A stretch of DNA of 64,000 bases from Octopus sinensis (GCF_006345805.1 NC_043005.1:58032001-58096000); one strand, 5' to 3'; positions 12,502-24,940 are shown, numbered from the stretch's first letter. The notes: generated from the sequence alone by a model not told the origin. Program-made: numbers and translations.

Positions 12502-13134
12502 TGGATGAAATCCACTCAATCACACGCCAGATTTTACCATAACGATAAATACGCGTGTGGTTCAATTGATTACATCCGACGTTATAATTCAAATGCCCCA
12601 ACTAACAGCGCGCCAAACTTTCACGGAAAACAAATACAGCATTTAGAAATAAATGCAGCATAATTATAATTAATTAATAAGGGTGAGAGAATTAGATACT
12701 AATTCAATAGTATATCCATTCAACACCAAGTGGCCTAGTGCTCCGAGAAACCTGGATTATTATAATATTTTATAATATATTATAATATTTTTACAAAATA
12801 AATATAAGAGAGTGGTCACTATATGGCTCACTCTAGCACCAGTTAATCCAAAAGGTTTCAACCACTAAAAATACATGTTTCCCATGAAAGTCAGTACGAT
12901 TGTTAGCTCACACGGACAGGGCAAATAAAAAATAACAAAATACAGATTATTTTGGGACAATTGTTTCGCTAATTATGCTGCATTTATTTCTAAATGCTGT
13001 ATTTGTTTTCCGTGAAAGTTTGGCGCGCTGTTAGTTGGGGCATTTGAATTATAACGTCGGATGTAATCAATTGAACCACACGCGTATTTATCGTTATGGT
13101 AAAATCTGGCGTGTGATTGAGTGGATTTCATCCA

Positions 13135-13226
13135 GATAGTTTTGGCCGATGAGCTACAAGTGGATTTTTTTGTAAGTAAAATTACATTTAATTCATTAAT
13201 AGCGAAACAATTGTCCCAAAATAATC
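13135..13226 (+). ncRNA. Type I hammerhead ribozyme motif, array copy R1 (CCGAUGA core)
   Basis: gatagttttgg CCGATGA GCTA...TAGC GAAA CAATTG TC ccaaaataatc. Confidence 0.75.
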
Positions 13227-13668
13227 TGTATTTTGTTATTTTTTATTTGCCCTGTCCGTGTGAGCTAACAATCGTACTGACTTTCATGGAAACATGTATT
13301 TTTAGTGGTTGAAACCTTTTGGATTAACTGGTGCTAGAGTGAGCCATATAGTGACCACTCTCTTATATTTATTTTGTAAAAATATTATAATATATTATAA
13401 AATATTATAATAATCCAGGTTTCTCGGAGCACTAGGCCACTTGGTGTTGAATGGATATACTATTAAATTAGTATCTAATTCTCTCACCCTTATTAATTAA
13501 TTATAATTATGCTGCATTTATTTCTAAATGCTGTATTTGTTTTCCGTGAAAGTTTGGCGCGCTGTTAGTTGGGGCATTTGAATTATAACGTCGGATGTAA
13601 TCAATTGAACCACACGCGTATTTATCGTTATGGTAAAATCTGGCGTGTGATTGAGTGGATTTCATCCA

Positions 13669-13760
13669 GATAGTTTTGGCCGATGAGCTACAAGTGGATT
13701 TTTTTGTAAGTAAAATTACATTTAATTCATTAATAGCGAAACAATTGTCCCAAAATAATC
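13669..13760 (+). ncRNA. Type I hammerhead ribozyme motif, array copy R2 (CCGAUGA core)
   Basis: As R1. Confidence 0.75.
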
Positions 13761-14203
13761 TGTATTTTGTTATTTTTTATTTGCCCTGTCCGTGTGAGCT
13801 AACAATCGTACTGACTTTCATGGGAAACATGTATTTTTAGTGGTTGAAACCTTTTGGATTAACTGGTGCTAGAGTGAGCCATATAGTGACCACTCTCTTA
13901 TATTTATTTTGTAAAAATATTATAATATATTATAAAATATTATAATAATCCAGGTTTCTCGGAGCACTAGGCCACTTGGTGTTGAATGGATATACTATTA
14001 AATTAGTATCTAATTCTCTCACCCTTATTAATTAATTATAATTATGCTGCATTTATTTCTAAATGCTGTATTTGTTTTCCGTGAAAGTTTGGCGCGCTGT
14101 TAGTTGGGGCATTTGAATTATAACGTCGGATGTAATCAATTGAACCACACGCGTATTTATCGTTATGGTAAAATCTGGCGTGTGATTGAGTGGATTTCAT
14201 CCA

Positions 14204-14295
14204 GATAGTTTTGGCCGATGAGCTACAAGTGGATTTTTTTGTAAGTAAAATTACATTTAATTCATTAATAGCGAAACAATTGTCCCAAAATAATC
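14204..14295 (+). ncRNA. Type I hammerhead ribozyme motif, array copy R3 (CCGAUGA core)
   Basis: As R1. Confidence 0.75.
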
Positions 14296-14738
14296 TGTAT
14301 TTTGTTATTTTTTATTTGCCCTGTCCGTGTGAGCTAACAATCGTACTGACTTTCATGGGAAACATGTATTTTTAGTGGTTGAAACCTTTTGGATTAACTG
14401 GTGCTAGAGTGAGCCATATAGTGACCACTCTCTTATATTTATTTTGTAAAAATATTATAATATATTATAAAATATTATAATAATCCAGGTTTCTCGGAGC
14501 ACTAGGCCACTTGGTGTTGAATGGATATACTATTAAATTAGTATCTAATTCTCTCACCCTTATTAATTAATTATAATTATGCTGCATTTATTTCTAAATG
14601 CTGTATTTGTTTTCCGTGAAAGTTTGGCGCGCTGTTAGTTGGGGCATTTGAATTATAACGTCGGATGTAATCAATTGAACCACACGCGTATTTATCGTTA
14701 TGGTAAAATCTGGCGTGTGATTGAGTGGATTTCATCCA

Positions 14739-14830
14739 GATAGTTTTGGCCGATGAGCTACAAGTGGATTTTTTTGTAAGTAAAATTACATTTAATTCAT
14801 TAATAGCGAAACAATTGTCCCAAAATAATC
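14739..14830 (+). ncRNA. Type I hammerhead ribozyme motif, array copy R4 (CCGAUGA core)
   Basis: As R1. Confidence 0.75.
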
Positions 14831-15273
14831 TGTATTTTGTTATTTATTATTTGCCCTGTCCGTGTGAACTAACAATCGTACTGACTTTCATGGGAAACAT
14901 GTATTTTTAGTGGTTGAAACCTTTTGGATTAACTGGTGCTAGAGTGAGCCATATAGTGACCACTCTCTTATATTTATTTTGTAAAAATATTATAATATAT
15001 TATAAAATATTATAATAATCCAGGTTTCTCGGAGCACTAGGCCACTTGGTGTTGAATGGATATACTATTAAATTAGTATCTAATTCTCTCACCCTTATTA
15101 ATTAATTATAATTATGCTGCATTTATTTCTAAATGCTGTATTTGTTTTCCGTGAAAGTTTGGCGCGCTGTTAGTTGGGGCATTTGAATTATAACGTCGGA
15201 TGTAATCAATTGAACCACACGCGTATTTATCGTTATGGTAAAATCTGGCGTGTGATTGAGTGGATTTCATCCA

Positions 15274-15365
15274 GATAGTTTTGGCTGATGAGCTACAAGT
15301 GGATTTTTTTGTAAGTAAAATTACATTTAATTCATTAATAGCGAAACAATTGTCCCAAAATAATC
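15274..15365 (+). ncRNA. Type I hammerhead ribozyme, array copy R5 (canonical CUGAUGA core)
   Basis: Stem I GATAGTTTTGG (15274-84) pairs with CCAAAATAATC (15355-65), one G-U and one mismatch; core CTGATGA 15285-91; stem II GCTA/TAGC closing a 43 nt loop; GAAA 15343-46; palindromic stem III CAATTG; GUC cleavage triplet, cut predicted after 15354. Confidence 0.85.
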
Positions 15366-15529
15366 TGTATTTTGTTATTTTTTATTTGCCCTGTCCGTGT
15401 GAGCTAACAATCGTACTGACTTTCATGGGAAACATGTATTTTTAGTGGTTGAAACCTTTTGGATTAACTGGTGCTAGAGTGAGCCATATAGTGACCACTC
15501 TCTTATATTTATTTTGTAAAAATATTATA

Positions 15530-15579
<50 letters not shown>

Positions 15580-15604
15580 CGTGTATATATATATATATAT
15601 ATAT

Positions 15605-15973
15605 TGTTATCGCCATATTAATATGGCATTCTTATAGATATAAGAATAATCGCTGCCATGGTCAGCTCCATGAGGCCACCGCCATCAAGATAGCTATTGA
15701 TACACGATCTGTATCCATTATAACCTTCGAACAAGGGAGGTCAGCCGCTTCACACTGCCAGTCCGACAGCTACAGACGCGTTTCGGGGTATTGCCCCTTG
15801 TCAATGTAGCGCAGTCAGACCCGCAGGTGTCGCCACTGACGTCTCTGTTCGAAGGCTTATATTTACCTAGTTTCAGTGGAATACATCCACTTGTTTTCAA
15901 TAATAGAAATATTAAAATTACTAAATCTCTATAAAAGAGATTATGGCAGCGTTTACTGGAAAAGCCTTTTTAA

Positions 15974-15980
<7 letters not shown>
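15605..15980 (-). mobile_element. (TA)n-flanked structured element carrying a hammerhead (separate family from the array)
   Basis: Bounded by TA tracts, relatively GC-rich, several hairpins; CCTTCGAACA (15724-33) pairs with TGTTCGAAGG around the ribozyme. Confidence 0.65.
15769..15810 (-). ncRNA. Minimal type I hammerhead ribozyme with U3-A8 core
   Basis: Minus strand: GCTACA TTGACAA GGGG-caata-CCCC GAAA CGCG TC TGTAGC. Perfect 6 bp stem I, 4 bp stem II, palindromic stem III, GUC site. Confidence 0.85.
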
Positions 15981-16023
<43 letters not shown>

Positions 16024-16513
16024 CATACATATAAGCAACAAGAATGGATTAGTAGTTTAGTACAATTGTTTCGTACTAAGAACAATTGTATTTAAAGCTG
16101 CAAATATTGCGGCAAATACAAATGTCCAGTATTCATCATTTAAATCACATATCTGTTTTCCAGACATCCTAGAGAGTTTGACTATCCTCATATACATATA
16201 CATATATACATATATACATATATATGTTGCTTGTATGCAGTTATGCATCCTTGTGGCTGCAATTTCATCAAGTGTCCATCACTTACGACCTTTCAAAGTT
16301 AGCTAATATATACACTCACAAACACACACACACATGCACACACTAGGGTTTTCAATGTAAAAATGTATGCAAGTGTTTTAAGGTAGAAACAATTACTTTT
16401 ATAACTTATTACAAAAACCTGGAAACTCAAGTTATGGTTAATTGTTTCTTAAAACATTTTTCATCGAACTTTATGTTATATATAACGGCACACGCGCCCT
16501 CTGTCACCCTCCC

Positions 16514-16544
<31 letters not shown>

Positions 16545-17577
16545 GCAGATATAGAAAGTGATGCAAGAGCTGACACTTTTGTGAGGGATACTTATCAATG
16601 TTGAATTGATAAGCACCATCACGAAGCTCCCGGTCCCTGAGTCGTGTTTATATATACATATATTGAGCGTTTAACTGATTAAACACACACGTGCTCACAC
16701 ATATTATGCTTACAGTCTTATTACATATATATATATATATATATATATGCATGTGATTGCATGCATGTTCATGTTTCTACATCTGGTTTGAAAGCATACT
16801 CAATACATGTATTAAAGTATAGTTATTCATTCGAAAGCTAATATTTCACTCAAGTCACAGCTGAGCTTCTCACCATATGTAATTATGGTGCCTCATTAAC
16901 ATTGAACAAAGAAAAATTGACTAGAAAACCTGGTTTAAATATTTTATATCTAAGCAAAATCACAACTTACCTCAACCCTCTAGATATTCAGTTTCCTCCC
17001 TCACCGTGATGCCTACTAGACATTTGCTGCACTCTTGTGATGTCATAGTTTTTCCAAAGGGATTACTACTGCTCAGGTTATCAAAAAAAAAAAAAAGAAC
17101 ACTGCTTTGTCTCATGTGAGACAGTTGAAACTGGACTGAAACGAACACTTTGTGAAAGAGCCATGATTACTATTTAAGACTCACTGATACAATTTTATTT
17201 CCATTTCCTTGTTCTATTTCTTGATAGCGTTGTAATCTACCACTGTCACCACTGCCATCATCATCATCATTATCAACATCATCAACAAATGACTATTTTT
17301 CCATGCTTGCATAGATTGGCCAGAATTTATTTTAGGCAGATTTTCTACAGCTCCTTGACCTTCCTGTTGCCAGCTTTTTCCTTATTTCCAAACAAGAAAA
17401 ATATTTCCCCGTGGCCAGAACATGCACTCACAAAATAATGGAAAAGAATGACACTTCTTGTATGACACTGACAATCATTTACAATTATCACATGATATCG
17501 AAGTAAGGAGACACAAACACACACACACATACACACACACATAAATACATACATACATACATACATACATACATACA

Positions 17578-17607
<30 letters not shown>

Positions 17608-17609
<2 letters not shown>

Positions 17610-18255
17610 AAGATTTGGGATTGAGAAGAGAAACCGTGCACAGTTGTGGAAATTAGCTGCCGAGCGGATGTTAGCATAAAGCTGAAGATCAGTGAAAAAG
17701 AGAACACCTATGCTGAACTATTGAGAAATCTGCAGTTACTCTATCCAGATTACAAGTTCAGGTTTATTCCTGTAATTATTGGGGCCCTGGGATATGTAAC
17801 ACACTGCCTAAATACCAATCTTGAGAAATTAGGCTTCTCAAAGCCAGAAAGGAGAAAGCTAATTCGAAAACTACTGATCCAATCCATCACTGGAACTGTA
17901 AAAATCTGTAAAACTTTCCAGAAGTTTATCATTTAAATATATATGAGCATGTCTAAATATGTAACTATATGCATGAAAATACATACATAAAACATACAAA
18001 TCTACATATGCATGCATACATACATACATACATACATACATACATACATACATACACACAAACAAACATACATACATACATACATACATACATACATACA
18101 TACATACATACATAAATACATACATACACACACACATACAAACAAAAATACCCTGTTGTTGATGTTGAAATTCCAATGAAGGAATCTTGGATCTATGTTA
18201 GAAACTAGTTCTTTCTCTATTAGCAAGAAATCTTGAAATAAACTGAATAATGACA
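17608..18255 (+). mobile_element. 5'-truncated RLE non-LTR retrotransposon (R4/Dong-like) embedded in (CATA)n
   Basis: C-terminal ORF VEISCRADVSIKLKISEKENTYAELLRNLQLLYPDYKFRFIPVIIGALG...TGTVKICKTFQKFII* (stop at 17936). Flanked by (CATA)n; the putative 3' UTR segment 18150-18255 recurs at about 44500-44590. Confidence 0.8.
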
Positions 18256-18350
18256 TACATACATTCATAGGTACATACAAACATACATACATGTATACAT
18301 ATATATGTATACATATACATGTATACATATACATGTATACATATACATGT

Positions 18351-18397
<47 letters not shown>

Positions 18398-18717
18398 CAT
18401 ATACATATACATACATACATACATATATATACATATATATATATATCATCATCATCATCATTTAACGTCTGCTGGCATGAATTGAATAGTTTTGACCAGA
18501 ACTAGCAACCTGGAGCGCTACACCAGACTCCAATCTGATTTGGCATGTTTTCTATGGCTGGATGCCCTTCTTGATGCCAGCCGCTTTACAGAGTGTGGTA
18601 GGTGCTTTTACATGGCACCACATGGGTGCTCTTATGTGACACTGCTTGCATTCTTTTATGTGATGCCACATAGGCACTTTTACATGGCACTACCATGAGT
18701 GCTTTACACCACTAGCA

Positions 18718-18880
18718 GGAAGGTGTGGCTGTGTGGTAAGTAGGTTGCTTACCAACCACATGGTTCTGGGTTCAGTCCCACTGCGTGGCATCTTGGGCAA
18801 GTGTCTTCTGCTATAGCCCCAGGCTGACCAATGCCTTGTGAGTGGATTTGGTAGACGGAAACTGAAAGAAGCCTGTCGTA

Positions 18881-18947
<67 letters not shown>

Positions 18948-19154
18948 TATATATGTATGTGTGTATATGTTTGTGTCTGTGTTTGTCCCCCTAGCATTGC
19001 TTGACAACCGATGCTGGTGTGTTTACGTCCCCGTCACTTAGCAGTTCGGCAAAAGAGACCGATAGAATAAGTCCCGGGGTCGATTTGCTCGACTAAAGGC
19101 GGTGCTCCAGCATGGCTGCAGTCAAATGACTGAAACAAGTAAAAGAGTAAAAGA

Positions 19155-19155
<1 letters not shown>
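18718..19155 (+). mobile_element. SINE family A, full length with expanded internal (TA)n
   Basis: Same architecture as 8836-9230. Confidence 0.85.
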
Positions 19156-19190
<35 letters not shown>

Positions 19191-21919
19191 GTATATATGT
19201 CATTGTATGAAAAAAATTTATAACATTCTTCAGACATAATGACTCAAATATATATTTTTTAACCTTCTAAAACAAGCCTTCTGTAGTTTTTTCACTTTTT
19301 ACTATTTTCTATATATATATATATGTATATATATATACAATGAGTTTCTGTGTACTGGACCCACTCACAAAGTGGCTTTGATTGGCCTAGGGTTATAGCA
19401 AAAGACACTTGCACAAGGTGTCATGGATAGAACTGAAACCAGAACCAAGTGATTGGGAAGCAAAATCCTTATCACACAGCCACGCTTGTGCCTATAAAGT
19501 GCAAAAATGTTTAATTGTACATCTATGGTCACTGATATAGCCCTACTCTACTTACTAAAAGTCATTATTGACCAGATTTTACAGGCCTTTGGGGGTGATT
19601 TGTTTGTCCTATATATATTTTGGACACTTGCTAGTTACTTTTATCTCTCTTGCGCATTTCAAAAACTTTTTCAACTTAAGTTTGATTTTCTTTTCTTTCA
19701 TTCCACTTCACTGAAGATGTTTATTGAATTGTTCACTCATGGGGCAAAATGCCTTGCAGTATGTAATCACAAGCTCTACAGTCTTTACACTCTGAGTTCA
19801 AATGTCACAAAGGTGAATTTCACCTTTTGAACATTATCTGATTGATAGAATAAAGTACTAATCAAGCACTGGAGATGAAATACATTCTCTTAATACATCC
19901 TTGATGTGAATGGAATTGCAGTAGAAGACTTGTGAGGATGCATGGCTGTTGTAGCCTCTCAACCTTGTGATCTTTTCACATCAGTGGTGTGGATGCCTTG
20001 GGTTTGCTTCTGTTGATAAAGTGAATATATAAATACATAGAGGAAATCAAAATGAAACTTATCCTTTGATTATTTTATTGACAATAAGAATAGAGAAATT
20101 GGAGATTCGAAACAAATTGCAGAAGATTTTATTGGATACACATGAAACAAACAAGGATCTCGTGACAAATAAGCAAGGTGTTTTCATCGTTACTATCATC
20201 ATCATTTAACATCCATTTTTCCATGCTGGCGTACGTTAGGTGGTTTGACAAGGATCCAGCAAGCCACTGGACTGTGTTGAGCTCCAATGTCAGCTTTGGA
20301 ATGGTTTCCAAAATTGAATGCTCTTCCTAATACCAGCTACGTTATAGAGTGTACAGGTGTTTTTTCAGGTCACTGGCACTTGTAAATTTTCTAAGTAACT
20401 TGTAAGACAGGAAACAAAAAACAGGAAGAAGCAAAAACCCTCTTGAATAAATGGTAGGGAGGAGTATTTGAAAGAAGTGGGTGGCTTGACATCAGGTGTT
20501 GAGTGGCTGTAGTTATGATAGATGGACAAGTGCAGGTGTCTTTCTACAGGGAAGATACATGGCTACCCTGGGTAGATGGCAATGGCATAGCTAATAGGGA
20601 AACAAGGGGAATGACCACTTCCTCACCAAGCACATTTTTCAAAACTGGCATCTTTTCAACAATTTTTTAATTCTTTAGTTCACTTGTACAATAAAAGTCA
20701 AATTTGTTCTTCTCTTAATTGCATGACCTTAGAAGAACTTTCTGGAGTCATTATTCTATATAATCAACCTTCTGCATTTTTGAACTGTCTACTTAATCTA
20801 TTGTGATGTGTGACCACTGAAATCTGAAAAACCAAAACAAACCCTAACGTCCATAACCTATTGACACTAGACAATCCCGTGAAGCACTAGCATAGCTAGG
20901 GGTGTCTGGTAGGGGGACTTTTCATCATGTTGTAGGCTACTGCAGTACCTATTTTTTAAGTCTGATTCTCATTCTCTAACTGCTAAATTATAGGGATTTT
21001 TAAAAAAATAACCCCAGCATCACTTGTCAAGTGCTGAGGTGAGGTCAAATACAAACACAAATACACACACACACACACACAAATTGAGCTTCCACACAGT
21101 TTCCATGTTCTAAATCTACTCACCAGATATTAGTTAGCCAGGGCTACTGAAGGAGAGACTTGCCCAAGGCATAATGCAGTGAGGCTGAATCTGCTGAGCT
21201 TTTTATCTTTTTAATTTTCATCTGGTTTACTTTGGTTTTGTATATCTGCCTAAAAAGACAGCTCTACGATTCTGTTTGAAGTTCGGCTGTGTTTTACTTA
21301 TCAATAAAAAGAAATTTTATATTTTACATTTTATATGTTATCCATGGGAATGTGTGCATCTGTGTGTTTGCACATTTGTGCATCATACAGTATTTTTAAA
21401 GACCATAAAGATAATTTTCTTGCCAATACAAATTCCAGATTAATAAACTGGCAAAAATGACAGTGGTAATCACTAAAAACAGCTTAGATTTCACAATTTT
21501 TTTAACATAAACAGCTGGATTCTCTAACATAATGGAATAATCATGTAACTATCAGTAAGTGGCATAGTAATATCAAGAATAAGCACCTTTGTAAATTTTC
21601 ACAGTTGGATATAATAGAGTTCTATCCATCTATAATTGAAAGTTTTCTTCAAAACGATTTATAACTCTGTAAAGGTGTTATTCTAATTGAAAGTTTTCTT
21701 CAAAACAATTTATAACTCTGTAAAGGTGTTATTCTAATAAGTAATACTGATATGAATATTATTAAGCTTCCAAAGAAATATGTGTTGTATTACCATAGTA
21801 TGTTTGTTGCTAAATGCAGTGGCCAGAAAATTATCTGATTTAATCACGGGATCATACAATTAGATTGAAGTTAGTGAGTTAATAGGACTGTATAGCTTAT
21901 GTTTACTTTCAAAGAGGTA

Positions 21920-24175
21920 ATGCTCTTATCCTGATGATGGATTAATCATTTTGCAAAGGATGAAAGGTTTACATCATAGATATAGATGAAGTTTGTTAGC
22001 ATATTAAAGGGGTTACATTCAAAGATCACAGTAAATATAAATTTAAACATAGTTAATTTCTTTGATTTAACTTTAGATTTAGGCATTGCTGCTAAATGTT
22101 GTTCTTGTAGTAAAACTAATAAGAAATTTTCATTCATTTGTATAAATTGCAAGCATATCCCAATAACCCTAAGAAAATGCTTTTCTGAGAAATGCTTTCT
22201 GACTCATACACTGTTTACTTCCCAGACATTTGTACATTACTGCATATGTTTTATATGCACTTTTGACAAGTTGTGGTGCACCTGAGCGCTGTATACAATA
22301 ATTTCATTATATTTTAACACTTCAGCATTTAAACCAGCCATATTCAGCCCAAATATTCTATTTGATTTATGCCCGAACTAGCCTCTCACACCTACCCTAC
22401 AATGTCATTCTGAAAATAAACAATCATATCGAAATTTTGGAGCTTGATTAATTCAAAACAATCCATAAATACAGGCATGTCTTTTACAGCCATGCCTTCC
22501 ATTCCTTCTCTCTTGTGAGCTCACAGATGCTGGTGCCTTGTAAAAAGCATCCATTTCTGTACCATGTAAAAAGTACCATACTGGTGTCATGTATAAAGTA
22601 TGCATGTGGGTGCCTCGTAAAAAGCACTTGTACTAGTGCTACCTATGCAGGTATCCCCATGTATGTAACACCCATGTTGGTGCCACATAATAGCACTAGT
22701 GCTGGTGCCATGTAAAAAGCACCCAGTGCATTCTGCAAAGTGGTTGGTGTCAGGAATGGCATCCAACCATTGAAACCCTGCCAAAACAGAGAATTGGAAT
22801 TCGGTGCAGCTCTTTGGTTGGCAAGCCCCTGTCAAACTGTCCAACCCATGTCAGCATAGAAAATGGGCGTTAAATGATGATAATGTAAATGAATAAGTAT
22901 TAAATTTGGCAGAGTAATATGAACGCCTAAGGGTTTATGATGTCTGTAAGTATAAATCCATCTTATTCTCAGATTAGGAATGCTTTAACAATGCATTGTA
23001 TTCTCAGATGAAGAATATTTTATATTTTAACAATACAATGATGCATTAAAAGACAATAGTCTTGAAAACTGTATACATTGCACTGAGAATGACATTGAGA
23101 ATCATAAACACTGAAATGTGAAATAAAATATGGGGTTCACTCCTCTAAAGGTTAAATGTTCATTCTAATGTTGTCAGGTCTTTCTTAAATTTTATGAATA
23201 AACATTTCCTCCATTCGCAGATATCATAAGACTGTTATAGAAAAAGAAATAGCCTCAAAGTGAGCTACAGTTGCATGAAAATGTTCATTGCTTTATAATT
23301 AGAATAAACAGAAGAAACTGTTCCTGTGTGAACATGCAAAACTCTTCTCTGAGTAATTGTTACAAAGACAATACTTGCCATGTCGATGGTGTTTTTTTAA
23401 GGTATTAATTTATTGAATTAGAATCAGTCTTGCAGAGGATAAGTACTACAAAAAGCTATATAAGGCTTACTGAAAATGTCTTTCAAAAATTCATGCAGTA
23501 TATGGACGAGAACAGCTGCTTAAAGAAGTACTGAGCTCAAATTGTGAAGGGTACCTATGGAGAGGGTAGTCCCAGGAAGATGTGGGATGATGTGGTAAAA
23601 AGGGATCTTCGGACATGGGGCCTCACTGAGGAAATAACAAGGGACCGGGAGATGTGACAGTTTGCTGTACTTGATAAGATATGTCAAGCTAAATACAATC
23701 ACTGTCTTCCACACATACAGGCTTGTCCTTCAAGGTGCTGGTACCACTTTAAAAGCATGTAAAAGGCACCCAGCACACTCTGCTAAGTGGCTGGCATTAG
23801 GAAGGGCATCAAGCTGTAGAAACCATACCACATCAGATAGTTAGAGTTTGGACTGCTTCATGCTAGTCAGCTCCATGTCAAACCATCAACCCATGTCAGC
23901 ATAGAAAGCAGATGCTAAACAATGGTGATGATATATGTACACATTCAAATACTCAAAAAGATGCCTTATTACTTCTCTAACCAAATTTATCTAGAGTTTG
24001 AAGAATGATGATATTGAAAATTATAAGATCAATTGGTTTGTTAGGAACACACTTCTCCTTACATTAATGGCTCCAGAATGTGTGATTTCTTTCTCTTGCA
24101 GAAATATATCATCCTAGTACAGACTTCAAATAAAAAATTAGAATAAGTGAATTCCTACAGACACTTCTATTGACA
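21920..24175 (+). mobile_element. Fragmented Penelope-like element (RT and GIY-YIG remnants) interrupted by other repeats
   Basis: YPDDGL (21927, RT YxDD-like), KITVNINLNIVNFFDLTLDL, SYIRLTENVFQK (about 23450), LKNDDIENYKINW (about 24000), and NGSRM followed by frame-broken EKYII-like sequence (about 24065-24120). All are typical PLE RT/endonuclease motifs in the expected order. Confidence 0.6.
23545..23690 (+). mobile_element. RTE LINE RT C-terminal remnant leading into a family D tail
   Basis: GSPRKMWDDVVKRDLRTWGLTEEITRDRE resembles RTE GRPRKxWxDxV motif. Confidence 0.65.
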
Positions 24176-24479
24176 TTTATTGTGGAATTTTCAGCTGCCA
24201 ACTGACCAAAAATATTTCATCTCCTACATAAAGGATTTGTTATATCCTACCCTAATGGTCTTATTTTCAAGAAATCACTTATTCAGCAACTCAAAACTTT
24301 ATCTATGTGGGAGCTGCTTCCTTTGTTACATGTGTTTTATAGATGTCATCTTGAAGACATGAAAGATTATATGCATGCAGATAGATGAATATATTACAAG
24401 TTCTGTGCACAGCAATCAATACATGAATGTGTGATGCAATTTCTAACATTTTTTTCAGCAACCAATCTTTGTACAGGGC

Positions 24480-24861
24480 TTTAGTGGCTGATGATATGTG
24501 CATCTCTGATCATGAGCACAAGTAGTTGGGAAGCATTATAGCCATGAATTGAGAAGAATTCTTGAGTTTGGATAATTCACCTCTGGAAACATGGGTGTTT
24601 CATTCAGCATCCTTTAACAATCTTTATTCAGGGACCTTTTGAGCAGGATGGGCTACTCAACCTGAAGAAAATTCTAACTGGGCCCCACCTGCAAGGTCAT
24701 GTTCTGTTTATCTTGATATGAGATCACTTTGTCATGCACATATAGTTGTGATGCATGTGCCTGGTGTATCCTTATCAGACAGGTAGTCATGATGGGTATA
24801 CTAGGCTTCATATATTTGTACCCCAGTGCCACTTTGATGGCATGTGTTGCTCTCTCACTCA

Positions 24862-24905
<44 letters not shown>

Positions 24906-24940
24906 CATAATAATAATAATAATAATAATAATAATAGTGA
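24480..24940 (+). mobile_element. (TAA)n-tailed interspersed repeat
   Basis: High-complexity body ending gctctctcactc followed by about 75 bp of (TAA)n, as expected for a retroposed element. 5' boundary uncertain. Confidence 0.5.

Larger units (their letters stand above)
11595..15535. mobile_element. Fold-back tandem array of 535 bp hammerhead-containing units (retrozyme or PLE pseudo-LTR multimer)
   Basis: Marker gggtgagaga at 11611, 12146, 12681 (period 535); its reverse complement at 13480, 14015, 14550, 15085. Orientation switches at 12970-12971 (2 nt TA microhomology). About 2.6 units left and 4.8 right, with only a few differences between units; (TA)n on both sides. Confidence 0.9.

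Noticed and set aside
11795-15445. Repeated 61 aa ORF MDFIQIVLADELQVDFF... in each array unit
   Set aside because: It overlaps the ribozyme, resembles no protein I recognise, and recurs only because the DNA unit is repeated. One copy is frameshifted.
11595-15535. CRISPR-like or ordinary satellite interpretation of the array
   Set aside because: Units are 535 bp with no unique spacers in a eukaryotic context. The inversion, TA flanks and hammerhead fold are not explained by a plain satellite.
16971-17085. Minus-strand segment ending in GAG|GTAAGT
   Set aside because: Stops in all three frames and no clear acceptor; it could be a non-coding exon but has no other support.
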